From Eledone cirrhosa (taxonomy: Eukaryota): a stretch of 64,000 nucleotides of DNA. The stretch spans positions 123,814,001 to 123,878,000 of the forward strand of contig OZ024743.1 in NCBI GenBank assembly GCA_964016885.1. The letters are read 5' to 3'. Within the stretch, counting starts at the first letter, position 1; each line of letters begins with the position of its first letter. The notes beneath the pieces were generated by a model that saw only the letters and a program-made list of their open reading frames with translations, did no database searches and was not told the DNA's origin. Position numbers and translations under genes: made by a program. Positions 53,174 to 64,000 of the stretch are shown piece by piece.

Positions 53174-56100
53174 CTACAGGTTTATATACAGAGAAGGCCC
53201 ATTCACTCGGGCCATTTTTGCCACATTCACCCACCTTTCAGTGAATTTACTTGGGTGTAGCACCTCTGTCTCTACTCTCACCTTCCTTCTGAAGTGATAC
53301 TTAAAGAAGGGGATAAGTTGTTGTCCGGAGAGAAAGGTGTTTGCCCTCAGTCCTTTTAACCTCGTCCACCATATTACCTCTTTCGCCATAGCCACCAGAC
53401 AGAGGAAAACCGCCTCTCCTTCGTTCTCAAATGAAGGCGGAGGGGTGATCCTCACGATGGACTCGGCTGACAACTGGATGCGTCCCACACGTGACAGCAG
53501 CTGTTCGACATAATTCCACAGGTCGGTCACCCCTAGGCACTGAACAATTGTGTGCAGAACGGTTTCGATGTCCTGCTCGCATCTTGGACAGGTCCTTTTG
53601 GCAGGATATCTGCCAGGGCGTCCGTACCTGTAGATTTTGTCTCGAACTGGTAGAGCTCCTCGGTAGTACTGCCAAGCCAGAGACCTCTGGAAGTTATCCA
53701 TAGGCCCTGGACGGAAAGTCCTCCAGAACAGACTAGTCAGTTCGTCCTCCTCGATGCCTAGAGTTTCCCCGAGAACGTCGTCGCACTTATCCTCCACTAA
53801 TCCCCTATAGAATGTCGCAGTAGAGTCTCCGCTGATTGCCGTTTCCGTTTGGTAGAGGGCTGTGAGCGCCTGTAGGCACTCGAGGTGCCAGGCACCCATT
53901 TTCGGTCTTCGCTTGACCCAGGACTGCAGCTCTGTTAGTGAGACGAGTTGTGGAAGAGCTTGTCTCACAAACGACAGCCACACCGGTTCACCGGTCAGGA
54001 ATACCTGGAGATGGTGTAGCCTCAGCACATGTTTGCGCATCATCAGCCACGGCATGCCCAGCCCTCCGTTAGAAGGGTGTTAACAGCAGATGGATCTCCT
54101 CACCAATATAGCCTGTTTCTTCCAGAGGAACTTGAAGAGGAGGCGTTCCATTTTGGTAAGGTATTCGTGGGGGCAAGGCACGACTGTCAAGCGGTAATAG
54201 ATGACGGACTCTATGTAAGTGTTCGCCACCTCCGCTCGACCGTTCAAGGAGAGTTTGCACTCAGCCCACTTCTGGGTGAATGCACACACTTTCGCCGTGA
54301 CCTCGTTCCAGTTCTTGTCCACCTGGAGGTCTGGATCGAACCAGACCCCGAGCAATTTCACCGGTCCTTCCGTCCAGTGTCCAACGACACTGTCGGAAGA
54401 CATGGGTTTGCCTCTCCATGTGCCGAGTTGCAAACCGACAGACTTGTTTGGGTTTAGTCTTGCTCCTGTCAACGTTTCGTATTCCTGTAATAGGTTGCCG
54501 ATTACCCTGATTTCCGAGGTTTTCGACACCATTACGGTTATGTCGTCAGCATAGGCTGACGCTGCTTTACACAGTCCTGGTTCGATCGGGATGCCCTGCA
54601 ACAGCTCCAATTTCCGCAGTAACGGCTCGAGAGTTAGTACATACAGAATGGAGGAGAGAGGGCATCCCTGACGGATGGAACGCATGATTTGGAATGGCTC
54701 TGATAGGTAGCCATTCACCTTCACTGCCGAGCAGATGTTGGTGTGCATGGCAGCGATCCAGCCTCTGAAGACGGGACCGAAGCCGGCCGCCTTGAGAACT
54801 GCTTCCAAGTATTGATGGTCGACCCTATCAAATTCCTTAGACTGATCTAAATTGATCAGAGCCCCACCAAAGCCAGGTTTACACCCTACCCTCTCTATGA
54901 TGTATCGCATGAGGTGGAGGCTGTCGTGTATGGACCTGGTCGGGATTGCACACGTTTGTGCTTCCCCTACCAGGTTCTCGACGACAAGCGCCAGCCTTGC
55001 TGCTAACTCCTTGGCCAAAATCTTTAACTCTGTGTTGAGAAGAGTTATGAGCCTGAAATTGCTTATCTCATCCCCCTTGTTCTCATCTTTCCTAATCAGC
55101 GTTACTACGCCTCTGCCTACAGAACTGGGAATCCTCCCGTTCTGCTGCCAGTTGCAGTAGACCGCTTCCAGGACGCCAGAGAACAAGTCTGGCATGTCTA
55201 TGTAAAACTCATAGGGTAGACCATCTAAACCGGGTGATTTGCGCTTCCCGCAGCGGCCTAGGGCATCTTCTATTTCTCCCGCTGTGATCGGCCATTCGCA
55301 GCATTCGTGTTCGAGAGTCGCGGTACGCCGTCGAGGTAGGAGCTGAAGTCCATCACCTCGCTCGATGTACCGCTTTGCCCGAACAGTTGTGCAAAATGCT
55401 GCTGGAAGGCCGCGCACATCCGCTTGGATTCAAGTATAATGCGTCCATCTTTGTCTTGCAAAGACCGAATTGTGGATTTGTTGCCACTTTTCGCCTCTGC
55501 CACTCGGGCGCAGCTAACAGCTTTGGCTCCCTCGTTTCTTAGAGCACGTGTTCTACTTCTGACAATACAACCTTCGTGTTTCACGTTGAAGAACTGGTCT
55601 AGTGCCGTTCTCGCCGCTAGCACGTCAGCTGTACTGCCATTCCTAAATGCCTCTTCTATTTTAGCTACCAGTTCCTTTTCAGTTTTGTTTTTTTCTAAAG
55701 CTACTTCCTTGCTAAATGCTATTGATTCTATTCTAATTGTTCACTTGAGAGAGCTCTACCACCTGTTGTTGACGATGGCCCCTGTCAACTGGCACTTAAC
55801 TAAGGTGCTAATCCGTTTACTGTAGGCCTTACGCGCCGCGAGCGACATGTTTAGCTTCCAGTATCGGGGTCCCTGTCTATGTATTCTATCAAGGTTGACT
55901 ACGTAGGTGACTAATTTGTGGTCATCTTAATGTGCATTTGTGGACAGCTTAATGTTTCCTTATCATTCTGTCTAATTAAAAATGTATCTAAATACGATCT
56001 AGAAGACCCAGTACAGTTGCTCCACGTCCACAGTGGTGCACTCGGGAAGTCTAGTCGATATCTATCAGCCAGTTGGAATTGGCTGATGAGATTTTTGAGG

Positions 56101-56592
56101 CTATTACACCCCCCTCTATTATCACAAGCTCCTACATAGTCCCAACGTGCGTCTAAGATGCCATTCCAGTCCCCCGCTAACACTAAGGAGCGAGACGTTC
56201 CCAGGAATGGCTCCAGACGCTTGAAGAACTCTGGTCGCGATGTCCCAGTCGGGGCATATACGGCCACCAGTCTGAAAGCTCCCCCTTCACTACCATTCAC
56301 GTCCAGGACCACCCAGGCTGCCCTCCGGGTCCAAGTGAATCGTCTGTATTTTGAGATCAAAGTTTTTTCGAAACAGAACAGCAACTCCCCCTCCACCTCC
56401 TGGCTGACAGAGAGATGCGTAGATCTCAAAATCATCGAACATGGGGGTTAGCTACTGCTTGTCGTGAATTCTGGACTCGGTGATGGCTATCACATCTTTA
56501 CAATGTGACCTGAGATCATTTAAAAGCTGGCCCTGTTTCCAGGACATACCCAGGCCACGTACATTCAAACATCCAGCTTGTATAGTCGCCAT
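53174..56592 (-). pseudogene. Copy D ORF2 (APE, RT, Cys domain), degraded
   Basis: MATIQAGCLNVRGL start; AGDWN; QGCPLS; YADD; CPRC; ends GPSLYINL*. Confidence 0.93.
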
Positions 56593-56632
56593 GTTGGTGA
56601 AGAAGAGTTAAGGAGAGAAAAGGCAGGAACAC

Positions 56633-58488
56633 TTACCTTTTCGTTTCCTGGAGGTCGGGTTGTTCGATCTCCATGTCCAGATTGGTGGTGTTTGGGGAGG
56701 GAGGGAATCCTTTTAGCAGGACACGGTTAAGGGGCTTTTGGCAAGGGGGGCCCACATCATGTGGGAAGTTCTCTTTTAAAGTTTCATACTGTAGGGTTGT
56801 TACCCTGATAAGTTTGAGCGTTGGGGTGGGTCGTTGGTGGGGAAAGTTTTCCCTTCCGTTTGTATTGTGGGGTCCTTTAGGACAGTTTCCACCAGTTCTT
56901 TGTTTCTTGTTTTTATGCATGTGTAGTGTGTTTTGTTTCTTATGTGTACTGTTTCTGTTTGTAGTTTTCTTTTTGTGGTTGGGGTTTGTGATTGTGGTGT
57001 GGGTGTTTGTTTTGTTGGTGAAGTGTTTGGTTGTATTGGTGGTGATTGTGTTGTTGGTGTGTTTGTCGTTTGTGGCGGTGTGTTTATGGTGGGGTTGGGT
57101 GTGTGCGTGTTTTCTGTAAATGTTTTTGTGTCTTTTTTGTGTCTTTTTTGTTTTTTGGATTTTTGGGGTTCCTCTTGATTCTCACTTGGAGATGTAGAGG
57201 TTCCCGTATCTGAGACTTCTGAATCAGGGGTAGATGGGACGGGTATGTTGTGTGGTGGAGTGTTTGTGCAGGTGTTTGTGGAAGTATTTGACAAGGGGAG
57301 GGGGAGAGGCAATGGAGGGTTTTTTTCAGTGTGATTTTGTGTGTGTGGTTGTCTCTGGTCTGTGGTGGTGTGGGAGTGGATGTTGCAGGTGTTTGTGTTG
57401 TGTTTGGTTTGGAGTGTTGATGTTGGGGTTTTGGTGTTGGTAATAACACCTTGTTTGTCCTCGGTTTGTTCAAGAGACCTTTAAGTGTGTGGTTTTGCCA
57501 CACTTATGGCATTGAGGTCTCTACTCCTCCACTAAAATGGAGATGACATCTTCCTCAAGGACGATCCTGTCCGGTATTTTTTCAACTCCCTCTGGCCTCA
57601 TTTGTACCAGAACCTCGATGCAGGTTCCAAACCAGTTATGACGGTCTGTCCTGTCTACAGATAGGAGGGTGTCCTCATCCTTCTTCAGGATGCAGCGTAG
57701 GATCCACCATATGTTGACCTCTGCTGGGATCCTGGTTATTTTTATTTTGTAGGATCTTCTTCTAATGTATGTGGGGAAGAAGATGTATTGATCCGTTTTT
57801 ATTGGGTGAACCGAGTGTTTTTATGCCAGAGTTTCGCTCTTAAAGAGCACTGACACACTTCCATACTGTTTACCTCTTTGGAGGTATGCCACGTCTGGCT
57901 TGATGTCTTTTAGTGCAGCTTCGATAGTGCTTGTTGGGAGCGTTATGGGTTCTTTTGGTAGTGATGTCAACTGTTCTATAAATTAGCTTCTTTTTCTGTG
58001 TCATTTCTCTTATTTGTGGGGTATGTGTATGTGTGGGGTGTCTCCCTCAAACGTCACATAGAAGCTTCTTCCAAATATTGGGACTTTTGGAGTAGTATTT
58101 AAAATCCTGTTGTTTAGCAACTGTTGCTGCAAATGAAATGTTGTTATTGTTGTTGTTGGTGGTGATGATGGTCTCATTCATTGTGTTGCCACTGATTCCT
58201 TTTTTTGTGTTGTTGTTCTCATTTATTGTGTTGTTGTTGTTGGTTGTGGTGGTATTAGTGTTTGCTACACATACTTCCTTCTGTGTGTGGATACATGTGA
58301 CGTTTGTGACGTCAGGCGTGTTCAGTTGCTTACAAGCAGCTGAAGCTTGTTCCTCTTCTAAATGTTGAGGCGATAATGTTGGCATTCCTGTGTCTATGTC
58401 TGCTACTACCTGCTGGTCAAGTAGGCATGGCTTTCCCTTCCTATCTTCTTGTTTTGACAAAAAAAGTAAGTGCCTTTGCTTCAGCCAT
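56633..58488 (-). pseudogene. Copy D ORF1, degraded
   Basis: CHKCGKTTH knuckle near 57490-57512; IQTEG..HDVGPPCQKPLNRVLLKGFP C-terminal domain. Confidence 0.78.
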
Positions 58489-58960
58489 TTTTTAAAATTT
58501 GAAGTGCTTTGCAAAATTTTTTTTTCGAAAATATTTTGGATGTTTTTGCCCTGAAGGGAACGATATTTTGGGAGACTGACCAGATCAAAATTTGACCTGT
58601 CAGTCCTCTACAAATTGGTATAAAAATAAAAGTTCACAATGACGAATTTCTAAAGAAATTTAATCAAAACTTACCGAGCAAGTTTAACACATGTGTCCAT
58701 CCCAGAGATAGATAGATAGATTTTCCTCTAATAATATATAATGAAGTTGCCAGTCCACTCAATGATGCCAGACAGTATTGTTTCAAGATTTGTTAATATT
58801 TCATCAGTGACACACATTCAATCCATACTGGCGTGGAAATAGACTAAAGTCTATATAAAATTTTGCAGGTTGTTGTTTTAAATGTCCACTTTCCCTGCTA
58901 GCAAGAGTTAGACGTATATATATATATATATATATAAATTAATAAAATAATGAATAAACA

Positions 58961-59093
58961 AAGAAATGCGGTTTTTCGCCTAATGCGGATCCATTGCACT
59001 TCAAGAAATATAAGTAACGTATGTGTAAAGTTTGAAAAAAGTCGGTTGGGTACTTCTCGAGTTTTATGGATTTACACAGACAGACATCCTCTG

Positions 59094-59160
<67 letters not shown>

Positions 59161-59904
59161 GATAAATCTACCAAAAGTTTACGGTAGTGTCCAATCCGTA
59201 TGAAGAACTCAATGTAATCCGGATATCATGAAAAGAGAAGATGCATTCAAAAACTACTTTCGGTGAAAAATAAACGGAAAACAGAGTCAAGATAAATTAA
59301 TAAAATAATGAATAAACAAAGAAACAGTTCCTTATATTAAAAAAATTCATCATTTTACGATCGTTTCTAGGATATATATGTGTTAGAGTTGGTATGCATA
59401 TTCTATAGATCTATGTACAATATTTATACAAACTATCAGAGGGTATATACATACCTACACATATATATGCTGTCTTCAGAAATAATGATATTTGTTTATT
59501 GAAAAAAACAAAGATTCAATACAATAGGTCTGTTTGGGAACAGGTTTTGAATTGACCAATAGAGAGATAGTGAGGGTCAGGATAGTAATATAGTAGTAGA
59601 AGAACCTTAAATTATGGGTAGAGGAAGGTAGATTTCAGTTTTGGATGGAAAAGAATATTATGAATGAAGGATTATTTTAGGGAAGAAATAGGTCTTATGC
59701 TGACCTCAGAAATAATTTTATTTTTTCATTGAATAAAACCAACAAAGATCTAATATATTCTGCCTGTTTGGTAAGAGGTTTAGAATTAACCAATAGAAAG
59801 TTAATAATTGGCCAAATGGTAAAATAGTAGTAATTGAAGCTTATTTTAGGGGTGAAAATAGGTCAGGTGGTCAGTAAAAAGTATACAAGCAGTTGCTGTT
59901 ATAA
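58961..59904 (-). repeat. Left arm of ~1-kb inverted repeat (copy of 61530..62535)
   Basis: About five substitutions seen by eye plus a (TA)n length difference. Confidence 0.95.
59347..59488 (-). ncRNA. Hammerhead ribozyme, inverted copy
   Basis: Reverse complement of 61946..62087. Confidence 0.75.
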
Positions 59905-59937
59905 AAATGGTATACAAGCAGTTGCTGTTATAAAAAT

Positions 59938-60696
59938 GTGTGTGGTGAGGTCATTAACAATAATTCTCTTAATAAACATCAGGATGCATCCTATAAAAAC
60001 AATAAACAACATCGAAACCGTAATAGACGAGTTACTTCGTACAATGCTCCATTTAATTTACAAATTAAGGATAATATACCTAAAAAATTCTTTAATATCC
60101 TAGAGAAAAACTTCCCGCCAAACCACAAATACCATCAAATCTTAAATAGATCAACGGTTAAATTCTCCTACTCAACAACCAAAAGCATAAAACAAAATAT
60201 AAGTGCCTATAATGCATATAAATGTAAAAAAAACATGAGTATACCACCAGTACATCAAACTAACCATAATATCTCCTCAGATACAGGATTCACGAAAAGT
60301 TGTAACTGTAGAAACAAGGCAAACTGTCCATTAAAAGGAAATTGCCTTGTTAACAACATAGTATATAAATGTAAAGTTAACACTAAGGACTCAATTTATT
60401 CATATATAGGAGCTACCTCTAACAAATTTAAGGTAAGATTTAATACCCACAAACATAGCTTTAAAAATGCCGCACTAGCTAATACAACATCTCTAGCTGA
60501 AATAATAAATAGTTATAGAAAGAGGAATATAGAATATGACCTGACCTGGAGTGTGCTCAAAAGGGCCACCCCTTATCAAAATAGTAGAAATGAATGTAGA
60601 TTATGTTCCCAAGAACTTTTTGAAATAATGAAATCTAAGGATATCCTATTAAATAAGCGACAGGAATTAATAATATCGTGTAATCATAAACTTTAA
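59938..60696 (+). CDS. Penelope-like element C-terminal region: RT thumb remnant, Cys linker and GIY-YIG endonuclease; open frame, 5'-truncated
   Basis: YNAPF..NFPPNHKYHQILNRSTVKFSYS; CNCRNKANCPLKGNC; IVY..YIG..R..H; CRLC..E; LLNKRQE; first in-frame ATG only near 60235. Confidence 0.88.
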   Translation: MCGEVINNNSLNKHQDASYKNNKQHRNRNRRVTSYNAPFNLQIKDNIPKKFFNILEKNFPPNHKYHQILNRSTVKFSYSTTKSIKQNISAYNAYKCKKNMSIPPVHQTNHNISSDTGFTKSCNCRNKANCPLKGNCLVNNIVYKCKVNTKDSIYSYIGATSNKFKVRFNTHKHSFKNAALANTTSLAEIINSYRKRNIEYDLTWSVLKRATPYQNSRNECRLCSQELFEIMKSKDILLNKRQELIISCNHKL

Positions 60697-61107
60697 AAAT
60701 TAATTGATAAATTATTTTTTTAATTTAGTTAACCTATAATTAATATTCTACTACTGATGAACTACATAATTCTGCTTTAAAAATTATAAACCTAATTAAT
60801 ATACACTTTTGAAATTAATATATAAACTATTTTTAATTTAGTTAACCTATAATTAATATTCTACTACTGATGAACTACATAATTTTGCTTTCCTTCTTAC
60901 AAATATCATTTCCTAAAACTGATACCATTAAGTAAACATATATAATGCTTTAACTTCGGGTTATGACTCTATGTTCCTTGAAAACTATATATATTTACTA
61001 ATTCTCACTAATAAATTTAATCCCCCCCCCCAATAATTATATGTATATATAAGTGTATATGTGTGTGTAAATGTATGTGTATGTATGTATATGTGCATGT
61101 ATATATC

Positions 61108-61145
<38 letters not shown>

Positions 61146-61945
61146 TGTATATATATGTATATGTATATATATATATGTGTGTGTATGTATGTGTGTGTGT
61201 GTATATATATATGTATATATATGTATATATATATATATATATATATACGTGTGTATGTGTATATATATGTATATATATGTATATGTATGAGTATATATAT
61301 ATATATATATTATTTTTATATTCTTTTAATTTCCCCTCATCTTTAACAGCACTTTTCAACTGCATCTAACTCTTATTTATCATATCTATATGTATTAGTA
61401 TAATTTTATCAATATAAATATACCCATCAATTAAATTAATTTATATTCTTTTCATAGATGTATTTTTTTCACTAACATTCTTATCTTAAAACTTTAGTCA
61501 CCTTAGATATTTATATTGGCATTACTATGTTATAACAGCAACTGCTTGTATACCTTTTACTGACCACCTGACCTATTTTCACCCCTAAAATAAGCTTCAA
61601 TTACTACTATTTTACCATTTGGCCAATTATTAACTTTCTATTGGTTAATTCTAAACCTCTTACCAAACAGACAGAATATATTAGATCTGTGTTGGTTTTA
61701 TTCAATGAAAAAATAAAATTATTTCTGAGGTCAGCATAAGACCTATTTCTTCCCTAAAATAATCCTTCATTCATAATATTCTTTTCCATCCAAAACTGAA
61801 ATCTACCTTCCTCTACCCATAATTTAAGGTTCTTCTACTACTATATTACTATCCTGACCCTCACTATCTCTCTATTGGTCAATTCAAAACCTGTTCCCAA
61901 ACAGACCTATTGTATTGAATCTTTGTTTTTTTCAATAAACAAATA

Positions 61946-62087
61946 TCATTATTTCTGAAGACAGCATATATATGTGTAGGTATGTATATACCCTCTGATA
62001 GTTTGTATAAATATTGTACATAGATCTATAGAATATGCATACCAACTCTAACACATATATATCCTAGAAACGATCGTAAAATGATGA
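61946..62087 (+). ncRNA. Type I hammerhead ribozyme with long stem II
   Basis: Stem I TCATTATTT/AAATGATGA; CTGAAGA 61955-61961; stem II ATATATATGTGT/ACACATATATAT and GGTATGTATAT/ATATGCATACC; GAAAC-GATC-GTA; predicted cut after 62078. Confidence 0.78.
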
Positions 62088-62273
62088 ATTTTTTTAATAT
62101 AAGGAACTGTTTCTTTGTTTATTCATTATTTTATTAATTTATCTTGACTCTGTTTTCCGTTTATTTTTCACCGAAAGTAGTTTTTGAATGCATCCTCTCT
62201 TTTCATGATATCCGGATTACATTGAGTTCTTCATACGGATTGGACACTACCGTAAACTTTTGGTAGATTTATC

Positions 62274-63529
<1,256 letters not shown>

Positions 63530-63562
63530 TAGTATTATATAGCAACCGAGTCGATTCTGTGC

Positions 63563-63835
63563 TGACAACTCATCAAAAGAGTCTGTGGTTCACCCTGTTA
63601 TCGGCAATAGCTTACCTCTACATCAGGCATATCAAACTGAGGGTGCCCCGAGAGCCACATGGGTCACATATGTGTTGTCTGAGGGCCACACACGACAACT
63701 ATTTGCGCACATTACAACTATTTTATATTTTTATTTTATAGTACGAAGATAAAACATGCTCGCACTGTAAACATTTTTGTGCGGACCGCAGGTGTGCTTG
63801 TAAAGGACCGCATGCGGCCCGCAGGCCACATGGTA
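63563..63835. mobile_element. Possible hAT/Charlie-like non-autonomous end relic
   Basis: caggcatatcaaact terminus-like start; gcggcccgcaggccacatg subterminal motifs. Confidence 0.35.
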
Positions 63836-64000
63836 CTTTGATCTGTTAAAAATAGAAGCTAGATATCTCCTACTCTCATAAATAGGTGAGGACACTAAAT
63901 AATGTAGTTCTGGATATTGTGCTTGAAAACAAAGAGAAGAAATGGTCACAGCCGCAACACTTGTGATTATAAGTACGCTTGATCAGGACTGAACTGGGAG

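Larger units (their letters stand above)
52923..58719 (-). mobile_element. Tx1/L1-clade retrotransposon copy D, full length, 21-bp target-site duplication
   Basis: ATTTTCCTCTAATAATATATA at 52902-52922 and 58720-58740; ORF1 and ORF2. Confidence 0.95.

Noticed and set aside
60712-60890. Two CTGATGA motifs as hammerheads
   Set aside because: Part of a ~65-bp duplication; no stem II, GAAA or stem I partner

Overview
Repeat-saturated, AT-rich animal DNA; the SINE families and microsatellite load resemble octopus/cephalopod genomes (inference). No host gene is supportable. Contents: four divergent, degraded Tx1/L1-clade LINEs, all on the minus strand and mostly next to (GATA)n or (GA)n; a (TACA)n tract stacked with R4/Dong-type RLE-LINE fragments and a ~605-bp structured non-autonomous retroposon; a 3.6-kb 20+16-bp minisatellite; a degraded intron-containing RepHel Helitron with non-autonomous Helitrons; a Penelope-like GIY-YIG fragment inside ~1-kb near-perfect inverted repeats that carry hammerhead ribozymes; and SINE, MITE, hAT and Gypsy relics. 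Best candidate for new biology: the Tx1 copies have a conserved splice-site layout. A 5' splice site overlaps the ORF1 stop codon in 4/4 copies, a 3' splice site coincides with the ORF2 stop codon in 3/3, and a probable short 5'-UTR intron is also present. This predicts that all of ORF2 is a retained intron and that an ORF1-only spliced mRNA exists. All alignments and folds were done by eye.
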